Shown one piece after another: positions 15,259-23,717 of a stretch of 32,000 nt of DNA (the first letter of the stretch is position 1; every line of letters begins with the position of its first letter). The notes below the pieces were generated by a model. The model had not been told where the DNA came from and searched no databases. It saw only the letters and a list, made by a program, of their open reading frames with translations. The translations under genes and the position numbers were made by a program. The DNA lies in assembly GCF_000020225.1 (NCBI RefSeq), contig NC_010655.1, positions 150,001 through 182,000 on the forward strand, read 5' to 3'. The DNA is from Akkermansia muciniphila ATCC BAA-835 (GTDB lineage Bacteria > Verrucomicrobiota > Verrucomicrobiia > Verrucomicrobiales > Akkermansiaceae).

Positions 15259-17241
15259 ATGTCCTTCAACTCTCCCTGGCTGCTGTGGGCTCTCTTTGCA
15301 GCCTCCGTTCCCATCATCATCCACCTGGTCAACCGGTGGCGGCACCGTTCCGTCCCCTGGGCGGCCATGGAATTCCTTCTCCGTGCGGCCAGGGAAACAC
15401 GTGGAACAAAAAAACTGCTGCACTATCTGATTCTGGCGCTGCGCGTGATGGCTGTGGCGGCACTGGTAACGGCCTTTGCGCGGCCCCTGCTCGGAAGCTT
15501 TTTCGGCTGGGGGAGCTCCGGATTGAATGAAGTCCTGCTGGTTCTGGATCGTTCCGCTTCCATGGATGCCCGGCCGGACAAAACCAGCTCCCTCCGGGAT
15601 GCCATCCCCCCGCTGGTGGAATCCACGTTCGCGCAGCTCGGCCACTGCCGCCTGTCCCTGCTTGATTCCGCCACCGGAACCGTGACCCAGATTCCCGCTC
15701 CGGAAGCCCTGGCGGATCTGACTGTAAGCAAGACAACGGATGGAGGCGCGGATATTCCGGCACTTCTGCAAAAAGCCATCCCGTACCTGGAAGAATCCGG
15801 CGCAGGAAAGACGGAAATCTGGATTGCCTCGGACATGCAGGCCTCTTCCTGGAAGCCAGACTCCCCTCTCTGGCCCGGTGTGCGCCAGAGGCTGGCCGCC
15901 CTTCCCCTGCCCCCTTCCATCCGCATCATGGCCCTCCGCGACAGGCCGGAAAGCAACCGCGGCATCAGAGTCCGGCAGGCTCAGGTAAATAACGGGAAAC
16001 TGGTGCTGGACCTGGAAGTGCTGCGGCAGGGTTTCAACCCCAACCAGCCGGAGGACGTGCCGGTGCAGCTTTCCGTGGATAACGCCTCCTCCTCCGCCAC
16101 GCTGCAACTGGCAGGGGAAAACACCTCCATCCGGAAAGAAATACCCCTGCCGCAGGGCAAAGAATCCGGCTTCGGCTTCGTTGCGCTGCCTCATGACGAC
16201 TTCATCAGGGATGACATTTCCTTCTTCACCTTCGCCCCCAAGCCTCTCGCCAACATCCTGATTTTCGGTCCTTCGGGAGAAGTGGGAAAAACCCTTTCCC
16301 TGATGTCCGCCCCTCCCGGCCTGCCCGGCAGGAAAGCAACGATGCCCGGCAATACGCGGGAAGCTCAGGCTAATCTGGCCTCCCAGTCCATGGTCGTCTG
16401 GTACGGGCCGCCGCCGCGCGCGGAAATGGAAAAAAAACTCCAGACATTCATTGAAGAAGGAGGAATAGCCCTTTTCCTGCCTGACGACACGGAACACGGA
16501 ACACGGCATTCATTCCTGGGCGTTTCCTGGGGCGCGACGGAGACGGCTCCGTCCGAACAATACTACCGTCTGGAAACGTGGGACCGGCAAAGGGGATTCC
16601 TCCGCGACGGTTCCGATCAGACACCCATCCCCGCCAACCGTCTCCGCGCCGTGCGTAGAAAACCCCTGCTGGGCAAATACCGCACTCTGGCCTCCTGGGA
16701 TGACGGTTCCTGCGCTCTGGCCCAGGTCAGGGCCGGAACGGGGTCCGCTCTGTTCCTGGGAACGCTGCCCAGATATTCCTGGTCCAACCTGGCGGACGGC
16801 CACCTGCTGCTCCCCCTGCTCCAGCGCATGGCGGACCGGGGGGCGGAACGCTTTTCCACCTCCATTTCCCTACGGGTGAATGACGCCTCCCTGCCGCAAT
16901 CCGCCACGGACATCCCCGTGCGCCTGGATAATGCCCAGGGAAGCCACCCCTCCGGTTCTCCGGCCGATACGGCGGGCGTGTACCGACTGGGAGCACAGAC
17001 CTACGCCGTGAACCGCCCCTGGCCGGAAGACATGCCTGACCAGATTACGGATGAAAAACTACACCTCCTTCTGCCGGAAGCTTCCATCAGTTCCATGCAG
17101 AGTGCAGAGGAAGCCCCCTCCCTGGTGCAGGAAGCATGGAAGCTCTTCCTGTTCTTCGTCCTCGCCTGCCTGCTGATGGAAGCCCTCCTGTGCCTGCCCG
17201 GCCAGACGGCCAAACGCCCCTCCCCCACCACCCGTCCATGA
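15259..17241 (+). CDS. BatA-N (aerotolerance-regulator N-terminal, double-TM anchor) plus VWA-like domain protein (660 aa)
   Basis: The N-terminus SPWLLWALFAASVPIIIHLVNRWRHRSVPWAAMEFLL is the BatA_N/TIGR02226-type signature. A MIDAS-like VLLVLDRSASMD follows, and there is a C-terminal TM helix (LFLFFVLACLLMEALLCL). Confidence 0.85.
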   Translation: MSFNSPWLLWALFAASVPIIIHLVNRWRHRSVPWAAMEFLLRAARETRGTKKLLHYLILALRVMAVAALVTAFARPLLGSFFGWGSSGLNEVLLVLDRSASMDARPDKTSSLRDAIPPLVESTFAQLGHCRLSLLDSATGTVTQIPAPEALADLTVSKTTDGGADIPALLQKAIPYLEESGAGKTEIWIASDMQASSWKPDSPLWPGVRQRLAALPLPPSIRIMALRDRPESNRGIRVRQAQVNNGKLVLDLEVLRQGFNPNQPEDVPVQLSVDNASSSATLQLAGENTSIRKEIPLPQGKESGFGFVALPHDDFIRDDISFFTFAPKPLANILIFGPSGEVGKTLSLMSAPPGLPGRKATMPGNTREAQANLASQSMVVWYGPPPRAEMEKKLQTFIEEGGIALFLPDDTEHGTRHSFLGVSWGATETAPSEQYYRLETWDRQRGFLRDGSDQTPIPANRLRAVRRKPLLGKYRTLASWDDGSCALAQVRAGTGSALFLGTLPRYSWSNLADGHLLLPLLQRMADRGAERFSTSISLRVNDASLPQSATDIPVRLDNAQGSHPSGSPADTAGVYRLGAQTYAVNRPWPEDMPDQITDEKLHLLLPEASISSMQSAEEAPSLVQEAWKLFLFFVLACLLMEALLCLPGQTAKRPSPTTRP

Positions 17242-19436
17242 ACCTGAGCCTTCAACCTACTGCGTCAAGCGTCATCCTGACCGCCCTGGTTATGGCGGCC
17301 GGCATCTGGATGAGCTATATCTCCTGCAAGCGCAACCGCCGGCCGCTGACATTCAAACTGGAAATTCTTCGCCTGGCAATCCTTGGCTTCATTTGCTTCC
17401 TGCTCTTCCAACCGGAATGGATCATCACCTCCGCCCCGCAGGAAAAACCCAAGGTTTCCATTCTGGAGGACCGCTCCGGCTCCATGGAAACGCAGGATGT
17501 TGAAATCTCCCCCCAGCATGTCGTCACACGCACGGCCTACGTGCAGGAACTGCTCAAGGGCAACAGTACGGAATTCCTTAAAGACACGCATGTAGTGGAA
17601 TACGCCTCCTTCGGCGCGCCACCTGCGCCGGACTCTCCGGATTATGCCATGGCCGGCACAGACCTGGCCAAGCCGCTGGAGGACGCCATGCAATCCTCCG
17701 ACAACCTCCGGGCGGTCATCATGTTCACGGACGGCAGCCACAACGCCTCATCCTCCGTGCTGACGCAGGCCCAGCGCATGCGCACCAGGGGCATCCCCCT
17801 GTTCATCATTTCCGCAGGCAGCCCGTATCCCCTCCCGGACCTGGCCCTTCAGGACGTGAAAGCCCCCACTTACGGCATCATCGGGGAAACGGTGCAAATA
17901 CCCTTTACCATTAAAAGCACGCTGGGCAAAGAAACGCGCACCACGCTCATCATGACTTCCAGGGATACAGGAAAAACCGTCACCCGCACGGTCACCATTC
18001 CGGCCCAGGGGGAGGTATCCGACGCGGTTCTGTGGAAAATAGAAAAAGAAGGGGCGGAAACGCTGGAACTCAAACTCCCGGTCCAGCCCCAGGAACGGAT
18101 GCACAATAATAACGCCTCTTCCTTCAGCATCTCCGGCAGGAGGGAATCCATCAAAGCACTGGTCATCGATACCCTGCCGCGCTGGGAATACCGCTTCATC
18201 CGGAACGCCCTGTACCGGGATCCCGGCGTGGACGTGCATACCCTGCTCTTTCATCCGGAACTGGAAGAAATGGGGGAAGGCCCCGGGTACCTGGTCAAAT
18301 TCCCGGACAGGATGGAAGACCTGGCCCGGTATGACGTCATCTTCATCGGAGACGTGGGGCTGGGCTCCAAAGGGCTGACGGAAGAACAGGCCTCCCTGCT
18401 CAAAGGCATGGTAAAAAACCAGGCCAGCGGCATCGTCTTCCTCCCCGGCTACCAGGGCAGGCAAATGGAACTCCTGAAATCGGAACTGGGGGACCTGATG
18501 CCCGTTACATTCCTCAACACCAAGCCGGAGGGGACAACCCAGCCTTCCCCATCCCCCCTTATCCTGACGCCGGAAGGCCGCGGCTCCCTGCTTACCATGC
18601 TGGCGGATACGGAGGGTGAAAACGAAGAAGTATGGCGCAATCTGCCGGGCTTCAACTGGTACGCCCCCGTGGAACGGCCCAAAGCGGGAAGCACTGTCCT
18701 GGCCGTGCATGCGGCGGATAAGAATGCCTATGGCCGCATTCCTCTTATTGTCACCCAGTCCTGCGGCAACGGAAAAGTCCTCTTCATGGGAACGGATTCC
18801 GCCTGGCGATGGAGGCGAGGAGTAGAAGACAAATACCATTACCGTTTCTGGAGCCAGGTGGCCCGCTGGATGAGTTACCAGCGCAACATGGCCGCAGGGG
18901 AAAGAATCCGTCTGATTCCCACCCCGGAACGGCCCCGGCCGGGAGACACGCTGACCGTCACCGCCATGGTCTCCGACAAACTGGGGGCCCCTCTCCAGAA
19001 TGGAGAGGTTTTTCTGGACATTACAACTCCGGAAGGAAGCTCCAGCCGCGTTCAAATGGACACTATGGACCATACATGGGGCTCCTTTACCGCCTCCGTC
19101 AAAATCAACCGTCCCGGCACCTGGAAGCTCACAGCTTCATCCTCTGCGGAACCGGATAAATCCGTTACGCTTCCCGTCATCACCATGAGTGAAACGCTGG
19201 AAAAAATAGGCAGCCCCGTCAATACCGCGCTAATGGAGGAAATGGCCTCCATCACACGCGGGCGCATGGTAAAAGCTGAGGAAATACAGCGGCTCATTAA
19301 GGAAATCAGGGATCTCCCGGTGCCGCCGCCCATGGAAACGCGCATCCTGCTCTGGTGCAACCCGTATACGCTCTCCATCCTCATCCTTCTGCTTACCCTG
19401 TTCTGGATAGGGAGAAAACTCAACGGCACCATTTGA
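17238..19436 (+). CDS. Membrane protein with VWA domain and glutamine-amidotransferase-like (COG5426-like) C-terminal region (732 aa)
   Basis: The ATG at 17238 overlaps the upstream TGA (ATGA, 17238-17241). It has two N-terminal TM helices, the MIDAS motif VSILEDRSGSMETQD, then YDVIFIGDVG...ASGIVFLPGYQG...GNGKVLFMGTDSAWRWRR, and a C-terminal TM helix. Confidence 0.85.
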   Translation: MNLSLQPTASSVILTALVMAAGIWMSYISCKRNRRPLTFKLEILRLAILGFICFLLFQPEWIITSAPQEKPKVSILEDRSGSMETQDVEISPQHVVTRTAYVQELLKGNSTEFLKDTHVVEYASFGAPPAPDSPDYAMAGTDLAKPLEDAMQSSDNLRAVIMFTDGSHNASSSVLTQAQRMRTRGIPLFIISAGSPYPLPDLALQDVKAPTYGIIGETVQIPFTIKSTLGKETRTTLIMTSRDTGKTVTRTVTIPAQGEVSDAVLWKIEKEGAETLELKLPVQPQERMHNNNASSFSISGRRESIKALVIDTLPRWEYRFIRNALYRDPGVDVHTLLFHPELEEMGEGPGYLVKFPDRMEDLARYDVIFIGDVGLGSKGLTEEQASLLKGMVKNQASGIVFLPGYQGRQMELLKSELGDLMPVTFLNTKPEGTTQPSPSPLILTPEGRGSLLTMLADTEGENEEVWRNLPGFNWYAPVERPKAGSTVLAVHAADKNAYGRIPLIVTQSCGNGKVLFMGTDSAWRWRRGVEDKYHYRFWSQVARWMSYQRNMAAGERIRLIPTPERPRPGDTLTVTAMVSDKLGAPLQNGEVFLDITTPEGSSSRVQMDTMDHTWGSFTASVKINRPGTWKLTASSSAEPDKSVTLPVITMSETLEKIGSPVNTALMEEMASITRGRMVKAEEIQRLIKEIRDLPVPPPMETRILLWCNPYTLSILILLLTLFWIGRKLNGTI

Positions 19437-19489
19437 GACGCAGGTTTCCCACACCTTCCCGGCAGGAGTTTTTCTTCCCTCCCTTCCCG

Positions 19490-20701
19490 TTATTTTCCCG
19501 CAGACTCCCTGTCCGCGGCAGCAGAAGCCGGCTGAGAAAATCTCAGCCTCAATCCCATTTTTTTCCAGGCCGCGACCATTTCCCCCTGTACATCCTCCGG
19601 AGTCTTCCCATCCAGCAAAACAGCACGCGCCTTCCCGCCGCCCTCCGCATCACGAACCCTCAAATAGCTTCTGAGGCGCTCCGCCTTTCCGCTCCCTTCC
19701 AGGTGGCTCCAGTAAACCATCCACAACAAATCGGCCCAATACTGAAGCGTTCCTCCCCTGGAGGAAACGCCATGCTCCGCGGCGGAATGTGCTGAATCCC
19801 TGGACAGCATGTCCGCCAGGGCCGGCAGAGCTTCTCTGCCCGTGCGGACGGCGCGCGGAACCATCGCGGCCAGCCTTTCCGGAATCTTCCGGAATACCGG
19901 CGCTTCCTTCTCCATGGGAAGAAAAGCCATGTACGCGGAAAAGCCGTCCACCAGCCAGTGATCCCAATCCATGGACTGCGCCGCCCAGTGCGTGACGGCA
20001 AAGCGCGGATCCAGTCCCGGCTTCAGCAGCTTTCCCTTTTTATCCCGCAACAGCAGAGCCGTGAAACTGGTAGGGGAAAACTTGAGATGCCCGTTCCGCA
20101 GGCCCGGAGCCCTGTTGAAATCCTCTTCCTGGAAACATACCCTCACCAGATACTTGCGGGAAGGCCGGCGGGCCACCGCCAGATTCAACGGAACAGCTGC
20201 CAGGGCGGACAGAATGGTTTCAAAACGCCGGGCAAGGATCATACGCTCCGCTTCCGGCAGCTTTCCGGGAGACTCCATGATGAAATGATCCGTTTCATAC
20301 ACACTCAGCTCCTCCGTCTCCTGCACGGTTTTCACCAGCAGGAAACCGGGAACAACCACCCTCTCCGGCCAGGGAGCATCCCAATTCGGCTCCAGGGGAA
20401 CGTACCGTCTGCCGGAATCCCCCTGCACAGGAGGATTCTCAGCCCCCACATCAGTATCGGGGAGCGTCCCGCCAGACTTTACCCATTCCAGAATATATTC
20501 CTGGTCGGCTCCGGAAAAAATATTCTTGGGAACAGCCACCACGCGACCATCCTGAAGCTTCAAATCCACCTCCGCATCACGGACGGCCACCAGCACGGCT
20601 ACGACGGTAGCGCCCCGGTCATTCGTCCAAATGCGCGCCCGGGCGCTTCCCGCCAGGCTCAGCCCTGCCAATACGGACAGAATCTTTACAGGTAAGGTCA
20701 T
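19490..20701 (-). CDS. Secreted SHD1-domain protein with peptidase-MA-like but degenerate C-terminal region (403 aa)
   Basis: I chose ATG 20701 (MTLPVKILSVLAGLSLAGSARA signal peptide). RIWTNDRGATVVAVLVAVRDAEVDLKLQDGRVVAVPKNIFSGADQEYILEW matches the SHD1 (SLA1 homology domain 1) pattern common in PVC bacteria. Later, THWAAQ...WLVDGFSAYM sits where HExxH...EG(L/F)AxY occurs in DUF1570-like proteins. Confidence 0.75.
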   Translation of the reverse strand: MTLPVKILSVLAGLSLAGSARARIWTNDRGATVVAVLVAVRDAEVDLKLQDGRVVAVPKNIFSGADQEYILEWVKSGGTLPDTDVGAENPPVQGDSGRRYVPLEPNWDAPWPERVVVPGFLLVKTVQETEELSVYETDHFIMESPGKLPEAERMILARRFETILSALAAVPLNLAVARRPSRKYLVRVCFQEEDFNRAPGLRNGHLKFSPTSFTALLLRDKKGKLLKPGLDPRFAVTHWAAQSMDWDHWLVDGFSAYMAFLPMEKEAPVFRKIPERLAAMVPRAVRTGREALPALADMLSRDSAHSAAEHGVSSRGGTLQYWADLLWMVYWSHLEGSGKAERLRSYLRVRDAEGGGKARAVLLDGKTPEDVQGEMVAAWKKMGLRLRFSQPASAAADRESAGK

Positions 20702-20836
20702 AGGGTTCCCTTTGCCCGCACAAGCTACCACATTGTCCCGCGGACGCAACCCTTTTTCCGTCTCCCGTTCTTCCGGAACAGGTTCCTTGAAAAGAATATG
20801 GGGAAGGAATGCATCATCGCCTGTCCCCCGGAGGGG

Positions 20837-20865
20837 TTGACACGCTCCGGCAAAACCCATAATCT
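20837..20865 (+). promoter_or_regulatory. Putative promoter for the 118-aa gene
   Basis: TTGACA (20837-20842), 17-nt spacer, TAATCT (20860-20865). A purine-rich aaggaaaagaagg lies just before the ATG at 20889. Confidence 0.3.
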
Positions 20866-20888
20866 TATGGAAGAAAGGAAAAGAAGGC

Positions 20889-21245
20889 ATGCATATCAGT
20901 CCCCTCAGAAAAAATATTCCGCTGACTGTCGTCACCCTGGCGGCTCTGGGCATCATGTTCTTCCTGTTTTTCATGCATCCCGCCCCTCCGGAAGAATCAT
21001 TGGAATTCTATGCGCCGGACGGCAATATCGCGGGTTCCTTCCGGGTGGAAATCACGAATGCGCCTTCCAACCCCTCCTACACGGAAGTAAAAATCATTCC
21101 GGAAGACATGGAATCCTTCCAGCGGTTTTTGGCCCAGTTCCGCAACAAACCCGTTACTGCAAGAGTTCCCTCCCGCGGCAACCACATCATTGTTCCGGGC
21201 CGGGACATGCAATACGACGGAGTCCTGCGCCTGACCGGACATTGA
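20889..21245 (+). CDS. Hypothetical N-terminally anchored small protein (118 aa)
   Basis: ATG preceded by a purine-rich tract. It has a TM/signal anchor (LTVVTLAALGIMFFLFFM) followed by a plausible globular domain. No family is recognised. Confidence 0.55.
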   Translation: MHISPLRKNIPLTVVTLAALGIMFFLFFMHPAPPEESLEFYAPDGNIAGSFRVEITNAPSNPSYTEVKIIPEDMESFQRFLAQFRNKPVTARVPSRGNHIIVPGRDMQYDGVLRLTGH

Positions 21246-21269
21246 GAGGTCAGGCAAACAGAAGCCATC

Positions 21270-22250
21270 TTAAAGTTGTTCTCCCTTTCCCACGTCCTTC
21301 GCCCACTTCCGGGCCAGGAAGGAACAAACCATCAACTGGAGCTGGTGGAACACCATGATGGGAATCACCAGCAGCCCGATGGGGGCTCCGGCAAAAATCA
21401 CGTTCATCATCGGAATGCCGGTAGCCAGGCTCTTTTTGGAGCCGCAGAAAATAATCGCAATGCGGTCCTCGCGGGAAAAACGGAGCCTGCGTGAAAGGAA
21501 AGCCGTCAGCCACAGGGCCGCGGCCAGCAGGAGGCCGCAAAAAGCCAGCACCTCCACCAGGGAAAGCCAGGGCAGATTTTTCCATACGCCGTTAATCATC
21601 GCATGGCTGAATGCCGTGTAAATAACCAGCCAGATGGTGCTGTGGTCTGTCCAGGAAGTGAGGTTCCGGTGCGTGACTACCCATTTGCCAATCCAGCGCT
21701 GGGCGAACTGGCCGGCCACAAAAGGCACCAGAATAATATAGCAGATGTTCAGGAAAGTGGAAAAATCCACGCCCCCTTCCCCTCCGCGGGACCACACCAG
21801 CCCCACCAGCAAGGGGGTGAGGAACACCCCCAGCAGGCTGGAAACGGAAGCGGAGCAAATGGCCGCGGCCACATTGCCGCCCGCCATGGAAGTGAACGCT
21901 ATGCTGGACTGCACGGTGGAAGGCAGCATGCACACATACAGCATTCCCATGCACAAATCCGGCCCCAGCACACTATTCCACAAGGGCATGCTGAATATAC
22001 CCAGCAGGGGGAAAATAACAAAGGTGCTCGCAGCCACCAGCCCCTGAAGGCGCCAGTGCATCAACCCTTCCCATACGGAACGGCGGGAAAGCTTGGCCCC
22101 GTACAGGAAAAAAAGCAGAACGATGGCTGCATCGCTCAGGCGGCTGAACACTGTATCCCATACTCCGGAACAGGGAACCAGAATTCCCGCGCCCACACTG
22201 ACGATGAGGCCGATGGTGAAGCGATCCAATTTGGCAAGGAATCCCGGCAT
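21270..22250 (-). CDS. Bile acid:sodium symporter (BASS/SBF-like, YfeH-type) family transporter
   Basis: 326 aa and polytopic (~10 TM). The N-terminal LAKLDRFTIGLIVSVGAGILVP and the overall pattern resemble SBF-like (PF13593-type) transporters. Confidence 0.8.
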   Translation of the reverse strand: MPGFLAKLDRFTIGLIVSVGAGILVPCSGVWDTVFSRLSDAAIVLLFFLYGAKLSRRSVWEGLMHWRLQGLVAASTFVIFPLLGIFSMPLWNSVLGPDLCMGMLYVCMLPSTVQSSIAFTSMAGGNVAAAICSASVSSLLGVFLTPLLVGLVWSRGGEGGVDFSTFLNICYIILVPFVAGQFAQRWIGKWVVTHRNLTSWTDHSTIWLVIYTAFSHAMINGVWKNLPWLSLVEVLAFCGLLLAAALWLTAFLSRRLRFSREDRIAIIFCGSKKSLATGIPMMNVIFAGAPIGLLVIPIMVFHQLQLMVCSFLARKWAKDVGKGEQL

Positions 22251-22286
22251 GGAGAAGGAAAAAAGGTAAATGCCGCCTCCGGCGTT

Positions 22287-23468
22287 CTATTTGAAACGCA
22301 CAGCATGCTTCTTGCTCAGGCGCAGGATGCTGCCCGGAGCCAGTTCCAAAACGGCGGAGGGGTCTGTCATTTTCACATCATTCAACTGGATAGCGCCGGG
22401 CGTGAAATGCTCCTTGCGGAGAACGCCATTGGATTTTTTCACCTGGAAAACATTCTCAAACAGGAAGGAAACCAGGGCCAGGGCATTCATGTCGGCAGGC
22501 AGGGAGGCAATCTCCACTTCCGGCAAATCCGCGGCAGCCAAATCCCTCTTGGAAAAACGGGTTTCCCAGTCAGAACGCGCGGCATCCGCAGCGGCGGAAT
22601 CATGATAGCGTGCCGTGATTTTCCAGGCCAGGAGCTTTTTGGCTTCCATCGGATGCAATCCCATGTCCCGCTTCTCACCCAGCAGCACCAGGTAATAACG
22701 GTCCATCAGTTCGTCGCTGGCGCTCATCATCTTGCCGAACATCATCTCCGGAGACTCATCCACGCCCACGTAATTCCCGTAGGACTTGGACATCTTCCGA
22801 ACGCCGTCCAGACCTTCCAGAAGAGGCATCGTCATGGCGATCTGCGGCAACATGCCTTCCTCCTTCTGAAGGTCGCGGCCCACCAGGATGTTGAAAAGCT
22901 GGTCCGTCCCGCCCAGTTCCACGTCCGCACGGATTTCCACGGAATCCCAGCCCTGCATAATCGGATACTGCATCTCATGCAGGCGCACCTCCTTACCTCC
23001 CTCCACACGGGCCTTGAAATCCTCCCGGGCCAGCATCTGCTGCATGGTCACGCGGGAATTAAGCTTCAGCACCTCCTCATACGTCATCTTGCGGAACCAG
23101 TCCCCATTATACACGATCTCCGTCTTGTCACGGTCCAGAATCTTGAACGCCTGCTTGGTATATGTCTCCGCATTCTCCAGCACCTGTTCACGGGAAAGGG
23201 GGGGGCGGGTCACGGAACGGCCGGAAGGGTCGCCGATCGTGGCGGTGAAATCCCCGATGAGCAAAACAGCCTGGTGGCCAAGTTCCTGGAACTGGCGCAA
23301 TTTCTCAATAGCCACGGTATGGCCCAGGTGGATGTCCGGCGCAGTAGGGTCCACGCCCAGCTTCACGCGCAGGGGGCGGCCCAGCTTGAGACGCTCCTTC
23401 AGCTCTTCGCGGCTGATCACGACGGCGGTACCGCCCATCAATATGTCTAATTGCTCATCTATAGTCAT
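22287..23468 (-). CDS. tyrS: Tyrosine--tRNA ligase
   Basis: I chose ATG 23468 (MTIDEQLDILMGG...). It has the HIGH motif (PDIHLGHTV), the KMSKS motif (VRKMSKSYGNY), GTDQLFNILVGRDLQ and a C-terminal S4-like domain. Confidence 0.95.
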   Translation of the reverse strand: MTIDEQLDILMGGTAVVISREELKERLKLGRPLRVKLGVDPTAPDIHLGHTVAIEKLRQFQELGHQAVLLIGDFTATIGDPSGRSVTRPPLSREQVLENAETYTKQAFKILDRDKTEIVYNGDWFRKMTYEEVLKLNSRVTMQQMLAREDFKARVEGGKEVRLHEMQYPIMQGWDSVEIRADVELGGTDQLFNILVGRDLQKEEGMLPQIAMTMPLLEGLDGVRKMSKSYGNYVGVDESPEMMFGKMMSASDELMDRYYLVLLGEKRDMGLHPMEAKKLLAWKITARYHDSAAADAARSDWETRFSKRDLAAADLPEVEIASLPADMNALALVSFLFENVFQVKKSNGVLRKEHFTPGAIQLNDVKMTDPSAVLELAPGSILRLSKKHAVRFK

Positions 23469-23474
23469 TGATCT

Positions 23475-23507
23475 GGCGCATAGAGTGCCGGGGGCACCGC
23501 GCCTTTT
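23475..23507. other. GC-rich two-tier hairpin abutting the tyrS start codon
   Basis: ggcgc 23475-79 pairs with gcgcc 23499-503, and gtgcc 23485-89 pairs with ggcac 23493-97. A TTTT run (23504-07) follows on the + strand only. On the - strand the hairpin ends 6 nt before the tyrS ATG. Confidence 0.4.
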
Positions 23508-23717
23508 CAAGCCTATATCCTGTGCGCGGCTCATCGAACGCGGCCAAGAGTCCCCCGCCACCGGTCCCGACGTGAGGGAACAGGCACGGAATCCGTCCCG
23601 AAAGGCGGAATAAACGGCACGCCGGTGCTGGCATTTTCCCCGCATGGCCCTTCCTCCCGTTCCATGTCACGGACCAGCCCTGCTCCCTTCCGGATGCAGA
23701 GAAACGTCCCCGCAAAT

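Noticed and set aside
15392-15408. parS-like sequence GGGAAACACGTGGAACA inside the BatA-N gene
   Set aside because: Only one half (CGTGGAACA) matches the TGTTNCACGTGAAACA palindrome and the other half does not. I found no full parS anywhere in the window.
15178-16509. Other long shadow ORFs opposite or out of frame with real genes: 1596-2300(-), 3590-4390(+), 6125-7228(+), 9574-10758(-), 13585-14463(-), 15178-16509(-), 17748-19073(-), 24222-25130(-), 25673-26317(-), 26673-27455(+)
   Set aside because: All are Gly/Arg/Pro/His-rich with no recognisable domains. Each overlaps a gene with strong family motifs, so I treat them as non-coding frames.
21603-23450. A 615-aa ORF on the + strand spanning the antisense of both the BASS transporter and tyrS, with a + strand terminator-like hairpin just after it
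   Set aside because: Its composition is His/Gln/Gly/Arg-rich and low in complexity, with no motifs. It is typical of a shadow frame opposite genuine genes in GC-rich DNA. Both genes on the minus strand have unambiguous family signatures.
23469-23717. A T-box riboswitch upstream of tyrS
   Set aside because: I found no recognisable T-box consensus, specifier loop with a UAC codon, or terminator/antiterminator pair. T-boxes are mainly found in Firmicutes. Only a simple hairpin is present.
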